Source: Psammoneis japonica (Eukaryota). From it: DNA of 59,324 bases. The DNA lies in the NCBI GenBank assembly GCA_008632985.1, contig QPGO01000206.1, positions 62,001 through 121,324 of the forward strand, given 5' to 3'. Shown here in pieces: positions 1-11,223 of this stretch. Position numbers and translations under genes: made by a program. Numbering within the stretch: the stretch's first letter is position 1; every line of letters begins with the position of its first letter. The notes under the pieces were generated by a model. The model saw nothing but the letters and a program-made list of their open reading frames with translations. It had not been told where the DNA came from and did no database searches.

Positions 1-458
1 ACATGAGCCCACACCAACCATTGGTCAGTTCCCAGTGCTCGATCCAACACAGAAGCGCCGCCAGGGCTCAAAGCGGAAAAACATTTCAAACGGGGCACTT
101 TGCAATGCTCCAGAAGTGTGGACAGAGCCACCACGGCCACGTCGTCAAGCCGTGCATTATCGCCACTGTGTTCGCGCAGGTCGATCGTGACAATTGTTTT
201 GGGGGTCGCATCGCTGTGGACAATGTCCACCATGTCGCAGAGCACTTTCGTGGTTTCCTGGATTTGGTCCTGAGGGTTGTCTCCGAGGGCAATCCAAATG
301 GTGCCGAAACAACGCGCGTTTCTGAAGGCATCAAGAAACACTTCTTTGCCATCTGGACGACGCAACACCAAATCCCATTTGCTCGCGTCATCCTCTGTTT
401 GATGAATCTCAAAAGAGGGAGGATCGGGCCCGAAAAAGTGTCTCACCAAATGAGTCAT
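1..458 (-). pseudogene. Host-like ORF (152 codons, runs off window) inside a TpA-depleted island; function unknown
   Basis: ATG at 458 opens MTHLVRHFFGPDPPSFEIHQTEDDASKWDLVLRRPDGKEVFLDAFRNARCFG... with no stop to position 1 (absent from the ORF track because it has no stop). No Tyr codons; one TpA in 1-485. Confidence 0.45.
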
Positions 459-819
459 GTTTGCAAAGTGACGGAACTGAAGCAGTAACAACTGGGGGAA
501 CGACGACGGTCTAAAGTGAACGACTAACTTCAAACTGTATGTCGATAGCTTCGAAGGTACAGCACAGGGCGCCGCCGTAATGTTACCGGTGCTACCGGGA
601 CTACCGGTAGGTGCAGCGCGCTGTGCTGCTGTCCGCTAGCTGAAGATTTTTGATGAACGCTGGACAGACACGTCTTCTTTTGCAGCAGGCCAGCGCGCTG
701 GCTGGAGACTTCCCAGTCTTCTTCCGTACCACTTACAGACCTCCCAGAAGGGAGTGGAGATCTCGAGACGCTTTACTTCCCCAATTCCATACCGGTACAT
801 CCAACAAACTTTCACCACC

Positions 820-3236
820 ATGACGCCGAGACTTGTGTATTCGTCGACGTTGCAACGATTGGCACGTAGTATCCATGTTTCTCGCTCTCGTAGCGTGAAT
901 GTGAGAGCACTGAGTGCAGTTAGTCCGAGTTTCAGTTTCACGGGCCAAGAAACGAACTCCGTGCTTGAGGATGCAACCTACCGCTACTATGCGAAGCAGT
1001 GTTTCTCGACCGCAAAGGACGACAAGAACGAGCAGACGGAAGCAAAACCCGATAAGGAGGTAGCCCCCAACACCAACACGACATCCATGGAGTTCCAGGC
1101 AGAAACTCGACAGCTCTTGGATATTGTGACTCATTCTCTCTACACGGAGAAGGAAGTTTTTCTACGTGAATTGGTGAGCAACGCGAGCGATGCTCTGGAG
1201 AAACTCCGACACCTCCAATCAGGAGACCAAAGCACCATTGAGGCAGACTTGCCACTGGAGATTCATATTGAAACCGATGAAGTGAACGGAACTGTCACCA
1301 TTCGTGATACAGGAATTGGATTGACTCGCGACGAAATGATGACGAATCTGGGAACAATTGCAAAGTCAGGTTCAAAACAGTTTGTGCAGGATATGGCGCA
1401 ACAAGATACCGACATGCTGGGTGGAGGCATTATTGGAAAATTTGGTGTGGGCTTTTATTCTGCATTTATGGTCGGAGATTCAGTTGAAGTACGTTCCAAA
1501 TCGGCTCTTGCAGAGAACAATGACGAAACAACCGTGCCGCAAGTGTGGACGTCCACGGGCCACGGAAAATACGATGTTTCAGACTTGTCACCTGATATCC
1601 GCCAAGACCGCGGATCTTCTGTTGTGATTCATCTCAAGGATGATCAGCTTCAATACAGTGACGAGAAAACAATCGAGAACATCTTGAAGAAGTACTCAAA
1701 CTTTGTCGGCTTTCCAATATTCCTTAATGGGAAACGCGTCAACACCATGGAGGCAATCTGGACGAAAATGCCATCCGAAGTCAAGGATGAAACATACACA
1801 GACTTTTACAAATTTGTCGCTCACGCCTATGATGAGCCGCTGGACAGGCTGCATTTCCGTGCAGACGCTCCTTTGGAAATTCAAGCACTGCTCTTTATCC
1901 CATCGTTTCATTCGGAAAAGTATGGAATGAACCGTATGGAACCGGGGGTTTCGTTGTACAGTCGCAAAGTGCTGATTGAATCCAAAAGTCCGGATATTTT
2001 ACCTGAATGGATGCGATTCGTAAAGGGTGTTGTAGACTCGGAAGACTTGCCGCTTTCGATTTCTCGCGAGAAAGCACAAGATTCGGCTCTCATTCAGAAA
2101 CTTCGAAAGGTACTCACTCGAAAGTTCATTTCTCACCTTTCCAACATGGCCAAGTAAGTACTACTACTCTCTGGATTGTTTTGATTGCATCCACGGTAGC
2201 GTCGACACGAAACTAACTCCTGTTGTACTTGTGTGTTTGCAGAAAAAACAACGAGAAGTATCGCGACGAATTCTACCGAGAATACAACTTTTTCCTCAAG
2301 GAAGGGATTTGTCAAGATTTTGATTTTCAAGAACCGTTGGCCAAGTTATTGTACTTTGAAACCTCCAAGACTATGAACCAAGAGTTAAGTTCATTGGATG
2401 AGTACATTTCCCGTTGCAAACCAGAACAGAAAGATATTTACTACCTGTGCGCTCCCACTCGTAACTTGGCGATAGAAAGTCCGTACTTAGAGGCATTTGA
2501 AAAGGCAGGACGAGAAGTCATCTTTGTGTACAGTACGATTGACGACTTTGTCATGGCAAACTTGGAGAAATATCAAGGACGCAATTTGGTTAGTGTTGAA
2601 AAGAGCGGCATTGATTTGGGCGATAGCACCGAGAAAGACAAGAAGGAATCAAAGGAGGAAAAAGACAACGTTGTGGGCCTACCAAACCAAGACGAGTTTT
2701 GTGCATGGTTCCAAACGACTCTCGGTGCAGAACGCGTATCAAACTGTCGAGTCACGAGTCGACTCGAATCTTCTCCAGCCATAATCACCGACAATGAGTC
2801 TGGTGCGATGAGGAGAATGATGAGAATGGTGGACACGCAGAATGGGGCCGGGGGGCGTGATGCTGTTCCACTTCCCAAGCAGCAAGTGGAAATCAATCCA
2901 AACCATGCCATTATTGTTGGGATCGACGCCATTCGAAAAAAGGAACCGGCCCTGGCGAAGGTGTGCGCGGAACAGGTGTTTGACAACTGCCTCGTGGCCG
3001 CTGGATTGCTGGACGACGGAAGATCCATGCTACCTCGTCTCAATGATATACTATTGTGTGTTCTGAAAGATGCCAAGACTGGCGGCCCACCTGAAGAGAC
3101 TGTTTCTCGTGAGGTAGAACCTACTACCGACACCAATAGTGGTGGACCACCTGAAGAGACTGCTTCTGGGAAGGAAGAAACTGCCGACGACTCATCGGAT
3201 GCTGGAGGGGACGGCGAGAAGTCGTCCAAGAATTGA
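820..3236 (+). CDS. TRAP1: Mitochondrial Hsp90 (TRAP1/Hsp75), 2 exons: 820-2153, 2243-3236
   Basis: Motifs FQAETRQLLDIVTHSLY, FLRELVSNASDALEK, NLGTIAKSGS, IGKFGVGFYSAF; Arg/Ser-rich presequence; GT..AG intron 2154-2242 joins the two ORFs in frame; no MEEVD. Confidence 0.93.
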
Positions 3237-3672
3237 TAGGTCTACAATTTAGAAATACTAGAATGTGTTGTCTGTCCTTTCTCTTACTCTCTAGAGTATG
3301 GTAGGTCGAAGCTAGCAAAGTCATCGTTTGACACTTAATCAACTCTTCCTACTTCTACTGTACTCCGATCCTCGCTGTTAATACCGTAAGCCGAGAAAGA
3401 GAGAGAGAGAGCGATAGAGCGAAGAAGATGCACAAGGATACCGGTAGGCCCTACTCTATAGCTAGAGAGTAGAGCTACCGTAGAGTAGAAGTAATAGAGT
3501 GAGTGAGTCGTCGTCGTCAAGCGGGCAACAGGCAACAGCGGCCAGACAGCGCAGACGCACTATCGTCGACGCGCGTCGGGCTTGCGTTGAACTCAGAACG
3601 ATGCACGATCGATGCGCAATCGATGCCGTAGGACCCCCTCTAGCTAGGAGTAGATGAGTGATTATCAGGACG

Positions 3673-4815
3673 ATGTCATCACGAGATCCCCCGTCGTGCC
3701 CGTGTAAGCGGCTTCCTCAATGCCTATCATCGTTTACGGCTGCCGAGTATGGAAGCCTTGACACTCTTGTTCGATTAGGACCATCCGTGGTGGACAAGAT
3801 TGATGCTGCGGGATATTCTCCGTTGCATCTCGCTGCTCAGAATGGACATGTCGCAGCAACATGTCTGTTGCTTAAAATGGGATTGAACGTAGACGGGAAA
3901 ATTCCATCCAATGATGCCAAGAGTTCATGTGGGGCCACACCTCTCCATCGAGCTTCTTTTGCCGGAGCCGTATCAACAATGAAGATTCTGTTGGAGTGGA
4001 GAAAGGGTGAGCGGTGCGATGTCCTGGCCAGGGACACGAGTTTTGGTGACAGAATGACTCCACTGCATAAAGCTGCTGCTGGTGGTAGATATCTGGCCGT
4101 ACAGTTACTTTTGGACTCGATTCGCGAAAGAGATGAGGAAGTTCGAGTGCCAGATATGAATCCTGATGATGAACCGACGTTGCTTTGGAGGGCGTGCACC
4201 GCGAAGGATGCGCAAGGACGTACGCCCCTCATGACAGCTGAGTCCTTATTCGTTGGTCAAATCGAGCATCAACAGGAAGTTAGAAGATGGGATAGGGTTG
4301 CTGGAGGTTCAGCAGATTGGGGGAAATGTATCGAGTTGCTTCGAGCTATCGAACTGGAACTGAAGGAAGAAACTGGGAATGGAGATAAAAATAGGGAAGG
4401 CGGAAGCAGTCGGAAACGCTCACCAGGACGCTGCAGAACTTATTCAATCCCAGACTACCTTATGTCGGGATCTGTTGGCTCTTGTCTAGAATGCAGCGGT
4501 TCAACTGGCGATGGTCGTTGTCCCACTGCCTCGTGGGAAGCTGCTTTCCAGAGTGTTCTTGCCGCATCCGTGGACAAGAGCATTGGAAATCAGGATATAT
4601 TGAAGAACAAGCCATCGATTGAAGCCCCAATTGCCGAGGTGGCTCTCACGAAGAAAGTATGTGAGGATAGAATAGACGACAAAAGTCCAGTCGGACAGCA
4701 CTGCAGTTCGTGCGGTGTTTTATGTTTTGCTCTCTGTCCCAGCATTATTGATAATACGCTTGTGTGTCGAACTTGTGCAAGTCACCAAAAGAGAAGAAAG
4801 ACCATCTATCTATGA
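3673..4815 (+). CDS. Ankyrin-repeat protein (ANKRD39-like) with C-terminal CxxC...CxxC
   Basis: Ankyrin repeats GYSPLHLAAQNGH, GATPLHRASFAG, MTPLHKAAAGG; CSSC...CRTC at the C-terminus. Confidence 0.8.
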   Translation: MSSRDPPSCPCKRLPQCLSSFTAAEYGSLDTLVRLGPSVVDKIDAAGYSPLHLAAQNGHVAATCLLLKMGLNVDGKIPSNDAKSSCGATPLHRASFAGAVSTMKILLEWRKGERCDVLARDTSFGDRMTPLHKAAAGGRYLAVQLLLDSIRERDEEVRVPDMNPDDEPTLLWRACTAKDAQGRTPLMTAESLFVGQIEHQQEVRRWDRVAGGSADWGKCIELLRAIELELKEETGNGDKNREGGSSRKRSPGRCRTYSIPDYLMSGSVGSCLECSGSTGDGRCPTASWEAAFQSVLAASVDKSIGNQDILKNKPSIEAPIAEVALTKKVCEDRIDDKSPVGQHCSSCGVLCFALCPSIIDNTLVCRTCASHQKRRKTIYL

Positions 4816-4984
4816 GCACTTTGCTTTTTTCATCATAACACTTGAAATGCGTTCCATCGACTCTCATCTGTGATGCATCAGTTTCGCAGCCCAGAAGTCG
4901 AAGTGAAGCAAGTCACATGATTGCTCGCGGTCTATCTTAGAATACCCCTATTCTCCTTTCGTCTATTTTCCTACCTGCTTTTAA

Positions 4985-5527
4985 CTACGTCGATGCCCCG
5001 AGAGCTTCCGTCAGGGATTCAAAACCGTGTTCTAACGAGTTTTCTGCGTTCTGACGAAGCGAGCCTTCTTTGAAGCATCGAAGGCAGACAGGGTAACGAG
5101 ACCTAGCTTCATGGTAGTCCAAGACGACCCGAAAAGCATTTGCATAAGCTTGAACCGCCACGCGACGAATTGCATCACTTGTATCCGTTGCTTCCGATAT
5201 CTTCAACTTGACAACGCGGGATGCTTTGTAGGCAGCAGATGCTCTGTCAGCTGGATGGGAATGAGGGACGCCGAAACAAGCATCAATGACGTTTCCATCG
5301 GTCAAGGCGACAAACGACACGGTCAGTGCATCGTCACTTATGTCAAACTCAGATGTAGACTGCGTCTTCTTGCGCAGCCCCGCTGCGCCACCTGTAAGTA
5401 GAATAAGATATCCCTGCGCAACTTCGGGTCTTATTTCCAAAACCTCGTCTGTGTCATACAGCACGAAAGGTAGAGAATTCGCCTGCGTCGTCGTGGCGAG
5501 TGGGCGTTTGCTTGCGGTTATACCCAT
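4985..5527 (-). CDS. Hypothetical protein, possible N-myristoylation
   Basis: 180-aa ATG ORF with protein-like composition; N-terminus MGITASK fits MGxxxS. Confidence 0.6.
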   Translation of the reverse strand: MGITASKRPLATTTQANSLPFVLYDTDEVLEIRPEVAQGYLILLTGGAAGLRKKTQSTSEFDISDDALTVSFVALTDGNVIDACFGVPHSHPADRASAAYKASRVVKLKISEATDTSDAIRRVAVQAYANAFRVVLDYHEARSRYPVCLRCFKEGSLRQNAENSLEHGFESLTEALGAST

Positions 5528-5888
5528 GCTTCCTTGTGATTATTCCTAGAAGAGCAGATCTTGTCCAAGTCGCCTGATATAACACTCGTGTCCTCTTTGA
5601 TCTTGGGTCGTGACAGGCAGTGAAGAGGAGCCAGAGCCTCTTCCGTTCCAGTGAGAAAAGAGCGATATCGCGGTAGCGATGATGCCGCGATTGAATTCTT
5701 CCCTTGTCGTGAGATTCGAAATTTTGGCGAATGCTGGCGTGAAATTTACTTATTTAGACTTTAATACCTAAAAACAAAATAATTACAACGATAAAGAAAT
5801 TGTTTATCTCTACGTCCGAGGAGTATATAAAATCGCACCCAAGTTCGGGGGGAATGGGGCCATACCGGTAATCAAGGTTGCGTTGATA

Positions 5889-6183
5889 CTACGAATTGCA
5901 AGACAATTGCGCGATTCACGTGCCCGAAGGGTGATTGTTGAAATTCGAGCTTCGCGCACGTAGAGCCTGTAGAAAATGTACCAGCCAGCCCGAAGCTCCG
6001 ATTTTCGTAGATCACGTAGGAGAGTACCACAAGGTCATTTGATGAAATGACTGGGACCAAAATGAAAATTTTGATACCACATCATACGTAGAATTGACAT
6101 CTGCGCGAAGGGAGAATGTTGCTTCGGGCAACGATATTCCACCTTCGAGCACGTGAATCGCGCAATTGTCTTGCAATTTGTAG
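5889..6183. mobile_element. MITE, Tc1/mariner-like
   Basis: ~43-bp terminal inverted repeats (CTACGAATTGCAAGACAATTGCGCGATTCACGTGCCCGAAGG ... CCTTCGAGCACGTGAATCGCGCAATTGTCTTGCAATTTGTAG), flanked by TA at 5887-5888 and 6184-6185; no coding capacity. Confidence 0.8.
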
Positions 6184-6260
6184 TAATGCAAAGTGAGTCG
6201 AATGGAATTCATGACTACCGTATTTTTTTATTGCAATAGAAGCAAGTCTTGAGCCTCAGA

Positions 6261-7763
6261 ATGTCATATTTTTTGCAATTATGTGCCACCAACAATCCTC
6301 AAGATGCGGGCTCGCCAACATCACGGTTGTCTTTCGAACGAGAAGATGGAAAAAAGGCTGCATTTTTTGTTGACGCCAAGGGGTTGGAGATTGAAAAGCC
6401 TGCACACTTGGTGATTCAATGTAGTGGTAAATTCGTCGGTGACCAGCAAGAAAAGGTTATCTCGTTTGTTCTTGGTGGTTTGGAGCTAATCAGTAACTCA
6501 CGAAACGTGGAAGTCTACACATCTGATGAAGACGGGAAAGAAACGTACATGAAAACATGTCGTGGCGTTGTCGTTGAGGATATAGAGCAAGAAAAAGACG
6601 AGGAGTGGTACAAGACTGTTATTGTGTGTAACGGGGGACCTCAAACAACATCAAGGTGCCACCTCAAACTGTTGAGTTTAAGACCAGCCAAGAGCAATCT
6701 AGCGAAGCTGCGAACGATCAAACTCAAGGGTAGAATACCCGAGGGTTCTGACGACGAAGAAAAAGCCTTCCCAGCAAATACTGACGGAATTTCACTCACA
6801 GATACTGCTCAGTCGTCTCCTTTGGTTGCAGCTGGAGGGATTAAACAACCGCCGCATCAGAATCAACAGCCACTGGGCCTCTCTCAGGAGGACGTTGGAT
6901 CTGCCATGGCGGCCGTTTCAATGATGGTTCGAACTACAGAAGATCGCCTTGGCCAAAAGTTCCAATCAGGGATCAAAAATATAGAAACTTTGGTAGGACA
7001 AGGTTTCTTGGGTGTCAATCAATCGATTGCGACGCTTGGCTCGATGGTAATATCTCAACGCCAGCAACTTGAGCAACACGAAGCACTGCTCACCGAGCAG
7101 AAACAGACAATCGCTGCGCAGAACGAGCTACTGGCGAAAATGGAGGAAAATCAACTCGTTCTGATTAACGCCGTCAAGGCTTTGCAAGATCGATTGGACG
7201 AGACTAGTGCAGGAGTGCGAACGCAGGAGCAAGGCAGTGAATCGACATGTAGCAACGGTGTTGAGAACGGCCACGTTTCGGAAAGTGGGAAGGAGCTCTC
7301 GCCTTCGACTTCTGCTACTACTGAGGTCGTCACCAATTCGACCAGAATCGTTGATGTTGTTGGAAGTCTCCCGTGCACTGACGATGTGGAAGACAAAGTA
7401 TGTGAATCGCCAATAACAAGCAATGCAGTTCAGTATTACATGTTTTATGAGGATGGAAATGAGACAACAGAATATGACTGTGAGGAATGTGCAACTTGTT
7501 CATTATATGACGCCGAAAGAACTGAAGAAGCAGAATGCGAGACGGATATACGCGATACTGAAGAGGAGAAATCAAGTGTAGGCTCTCCTTCTTGTGACGA
7601 GGTCGAATCCCACGTTAGCAACGACAACAATAGAGGGGAAAGTGACGAGACAGCAAGAACGAACGCCTCAACGAACATTGCCAAACCAAAGGAAATCAAC
7701 GAACGAGTAGGGATGGAAAGTACTGACTCGAACGAGTGTCTCGAGCAAAGGCAAGCAAGGTGA
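6261..7763 (+). CDS. Hypothetical protein; N-terminus resembles PAAT/C10orf88, then coiled coil and acidic tail
   Basis: 500-codon ORF; LELISNSRNVEVY...YMKTCRG recalls the PAAT SSARNMEVY...TSRG motif; Q/E heptads. Confidence 0.65.
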   Translation: MSYFLQLCATNNPQDAGSPTSRLSFEREDGKKAAFFVDAKGLEIEKPAHLVIQCSGKFVGDQQEKVISFVLGGLELISNSRNVEVYTSDEDGKETYMKTCRGVVVEDIEQEKDEEWYKTVIVCNGGPQTTSRCHLKLLSLRPAKSNLAKLRTIKLKGRIPEGSDDEEKAFPANTDGISLTDTAQSSPLVAAGGIKQPPHQNQQPLGLSQEDVGSAMAAVSMMVRTTEDRLGQKFQSGIKNIETLVGQGFLGVNQSIATLGSMVISQRQQLEQHEALLTEQKQTIAAQNELLAKMEENQLVLINAVKALQDRLDETSAGVRTQEQGSESTCSNGVENGHVSESGKELSPSTSATTEVVTNSTRIVDVVGSLPCTDDVEDKVCESPITSNAVQYYMFYEDGNETTEYDCEECATCSLYDAERTEEAECETDIRDTEEEKSSVGSPSCDEVESHVSNDNNRGESDETARTNASTNIAKPKEINERVGMESTDSNECLEQRQAR

Positions 7764-8170
7764 CATTGGAACCCCCCCCCCCCCCCCTTTAGGCTGCTCA
7801 GATTTGTATGCGTGTTCATTTTTCAACGCTGCGCATGAAACCCGCACGAGCGAGCGTATCGCCTAGAGTAAGTAAAATAATGTAGAAGCCCGTCTCCATT
7901 GTCACGTGGAAATGAAACAGCGACCTGACCAGAAGTTTCGAATTATTCGTTCGCTGAAAGTTGGCGGCATGTCGCTCGATCATACGGACAGTGCAATGTC
8001 GTGATGCTGCCCAACGAAAAGCCAAGAGATAATGCGATTGGAATTCGAAAGACATTGACAAAGTCAACACACACCACACCACAAAGCGTCAAAGCACCTG
8101 ATGAAATTAGTTAACGTAAATTTCTTTGGAAGTTTGTTTCGAGTCTGATGCTTCAACAATCGTCTTCTTA

Positions 8171-9207
8171 CAATCCCAGAATCTGAATGCAGAAATCGTT
8201 GAACACAAGGCAAGCCTTGATTTGGTCATCACAATGTTTGCAGTTGCACCTTGCTCTTCTCAAACAGGGAGTTGTTGTCCACTGTTTGGTTAAATGCCAT
8301 TCCACCAGACTTGCCGCATTCTCAGGAGGTGCCATGCTCTTCCACCAGGTCAGCCAGCTCCACTTGGCCAGACTTGTCCTCTCCAGCCAGCTGACTCTCT
8401 GGCTGCTTGTTTTGCAGGTGGGGGCTGAGACAATGAAAGTGTGTGGCTGACAGACAGTTCCTGCATGTGTCTGATGCCATCGAGACTCACCGAGGTTGCG
8501 ATGTGGCTGCCCATTGGCAAAAAATGCCGGCTGATGCACGACAAGCCAACAGCACGCTGATGATGCCAGCGACTTTTGCCAGTGGCAAGCACAGTCATTG
8601 CATCTTGATTAAAACATGTGCTTTGTCTGTGTTCAGGTGGCCAGTCTGCTTGTGGCCAGAGCTCTCTGCAAGATTGCTTTGAGGCCAAAGCTCTTGCAGA
8701 AAAGGCAGGCGCTGCTCTTGAGCTGCGATCCAGAGTGGGTGTCCGCACAAGATCTTGCCAACATCATGCAATCACTTGAGACTGATGAATTGATCTCTCT
8801 TTCTTTGATGAGTGTGCAGAGGATCTTTTTGCACACTCAGCACTCTGAAGGATTTGCAGAAAGGGCCCTCTTTTCTTGCTTTTTTTGAGAAAATCTTTTG
8901 ACTCAAGTGTCTCACACAGTGTGACCATTGGTTCAGAAAAAATGCACATCACAAATCTTTGTCAAGGATCATGGATCATTAAATCTGACAGATGAAAGCA
9001 TTGTGCCAGTTCCAACTGAGGAGTTTGGCACAATGTGATGAGTGGGAAAATGCCCTTGGCACAAGGCGGCAGGCGCAGAGAAGCTTTTCTTCTTGAGCCT
9101 TCTTTCTTGTCTCATCAAGAACACAACACTGCCAGCAGGCATTTGAAGGGCACCAACAGGTCATTTACTTCTGGCTGCTTCCATGTGCCAGCCCCTGGAG
9201 AGATGCT
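8171..9207. other. TpA-depleted degenerate island (TE or gene relic, unclassified)
   Basis: 4 TpA in ~1040 bp (3 are TTAA); overlapping Tyr-free, C/H/W-rich ORFs on both strands. Confidence 0.6.
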
Positions 9208-9560
9208 CTAATGATGTTCACTGTTGCAGCACTGCTGGATGGATGGCAGCTGTGCAGCTGTGTAGCTGCCAGATGGAGAAGTCTCCGAGTGCCCAGTGCC
9301 CAGAACCTGACAATCTCGACGCGAAGGCGACGTCATCACAATGATTTTATATTTTAATACAAATCGGAATACAGAGCATTCAGATTTGTTAAGTGTCAAC
9401 TGTGATTGAGTCGCGGTACACAGTCCCGTGAAACCTACGTGGGTACGGAAGACACACGTACAATTCTACGTGGGGCCAGCCACGCGTTCATTTTTTTGGC
9501 GCCGTTCGCGATCGCAAACAACACAAACTTTCGCGTTCCTCGCATTCATCACTCCCCACC

Positions 9561-10535
9561 ATGAGCAGCCCCTTGCGTCGTTCCACTTCTGACATGATTG
9601 CTGCATCGTTCACAACACCGCTGCGTCAAACGTCTCTCACTCGTCATCGTCGTGCCTTCAGCGACGAGCCGAGTCCTTGTCCCAGTCTCCTCTCCGAATA
9701 TGTTGATGAGGACGTTGAAAAATTCATGACCATTCCATCTCCGGACTCCAAGACTCCTTCTTGTTTCCAGCAGCAACCTATGCTTCCATTATGCTCTCGC
9801 ACTCGTAAGAGACACCAAGATGTCGAGGACTCTCCACTGGCACGTCGTCAGCGCAGTTTCGGTAGTTACGGAGACAAGTGCAACCTGTTCTCTGGTGACG
9901 AGAGTCCCATTCCGCCACCAAAACTTTCAAGAAATGATCCCTTTTCTCAAGGCCCGTTTGAGCGTTGTGACTCACGTAGTAGTCGAGACGAGCAAATCAG
10001 TTTGCTAGCCGAATGCGAGAAGCCAGCTTCGACGCGAAAGCAGTGGCCTCCGAAACAACAAGACAAAGATGCATTCCCCTCTCTTCCGGGTTTTCTTCGT
10101 TCAAAATCTAGCATCGTTGAAGAGCAAAGGGTTTTACTGGAACAGATTCGACGGGAACAAGAGGAAAATAAACGAAGTAAGAACGACGACACCATCAATC
10201 ACGCCATCAGAACGGAAACCTCAAAGAGCCATGCACTCGCCAAGAACGTACAAGCTTACCAAGCACCAATTGCCGTCGGACTTCCATCCGCCAGTAATAT
10301 CAAGAAGAAGAATTGCGTTCAAGTCTGCCCAGGTAAACACGTGAGAATTCTCGATCGTAGCCACGCCATGGCAGCACTGAGGGAAAACAAGGCGGGTCTC
10401 TTCAAGTGCGCCGGCTGCGACACTCTTTTAGTAGCCTCCAAGGACTCCAAGGTATTATTTTGTGCTGGATGCGGTACCTTGACACCGACCAGCATTTCAG
10501 GGAATCTCAATAGCAAGAAACAAATGCACAAATAG
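9561..10535 (+). CDS. Hypothetical protein with C-terminal C4 zinc finger
   Basis: 324-aa ORF; disordered S/P/R-rich N-terminus; CAGC-x14-CAGC. Confidence 0.75.
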   Translation: MSSPLRRSTSDMIAASFTTPLRQTSLTRHRRAFSDEPSPCPSLLSEYVDEDVEKFMTIPSPDSKTPSCFQQQPMLPLCSRTRKRHQDVEDSPLARRQRSFGSYGDKCNLFSGDESPIPPPKLSRNDPFSQGPFERCDSRSSRDEQISLLAECEKPASTRKQWPPKQQDKDAFPSLPGFLRSKSSIVEEQRVLLEQIRREQEENKRSKNDDTINHAIRTETSKSHALAKNVQAYQAPIAVGLPSASNIKKKNCVQVCPGKHVRILDRSHAMAALRENKAGLFKCAGCDTLLVASKDSKVLFCAGCGTLTPTSISGNLNSKKQMHK

Positions 10536-10549
10536 AGTGCTATGCGCCG

Positions 10550-11176
10550 TAAACAATGTTTATACTGAAACATGGTACAAAAGAAGTCGTCATTACGAAT
10601 TCTTTGAGACGCAGCTTTCATAACGTAACAATAGAATGATATTTTTGCATCTGAGCGCAAGTATCCATACTAGATCCTACAAATGAAAGTTCTTGAGCTT
10701 CCTCTCCACTCTTGATGTCTTGAATTGATTGTTTGACGGATGTAACCTCATGCGCTTTCAACTGCTACTTCCGAACTATAGCAACATTCAAAACGAGTCT
10801 CATCAACGAGTCCAGTATCTTCTATTCAAATGGTTTCAACTTTCGGAGCTCAAATACAGCGCAGATATCCCCATAAACAATGTTTATACAGAAACATGGT
10901 ACAAAAGAAGTCGTCGTTAGGAATTCTTAGAGACAGCTTTCATAACGTAACAATAGAATGATATCTTTGAATCAGAACACAAGTACATACTAGATCCTAC
11001 AAATGAAAGTTCTTGAGCTTTGTCTTCAACTCTTAACGGATGCAACCTCATGCGCTTTCAAATCCTACTTCCGAACTAGCAATATTCATAGCGAGTCTCA
11101 TCAACGAGTCGTCCAGTATCTTCTATTCAAATGGTTTTAACCTTCGGTGCTCAAGTACAGCACATATTATATCCCC
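10550..11176. repeat. Diverged tandem duplication (~10550-10873, ~10874-11176) between convergent genes
   Basis: Both copies start TAAACAATGTTTATAC(T/A)GAAACATGGTACAAAAGAAGTCGTC and share CATACTAGATCCTACAAATGAAAGTTCTTGAGCTT and CCAGTATCTTCTATTCAAATGG. Confidence 0.9.
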
Positions 11177-11223
11177 TTATTTATGCTTTCTATTGTTACG
11201 CATCATTCAACTTCAACTCCGCT

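Noticed and set aside
3078..3167. Duplicated GGPPEET(V/A)S in the TRAP1 tail
   Set aside because: Ordinary small duplication in a disordered C-terminus.
2573..3229. Long antisense ORFs over TRAP1, helicase, EMC3 and others
   Set aside because: Shadows of real sense-strand genes with no independent motifs.
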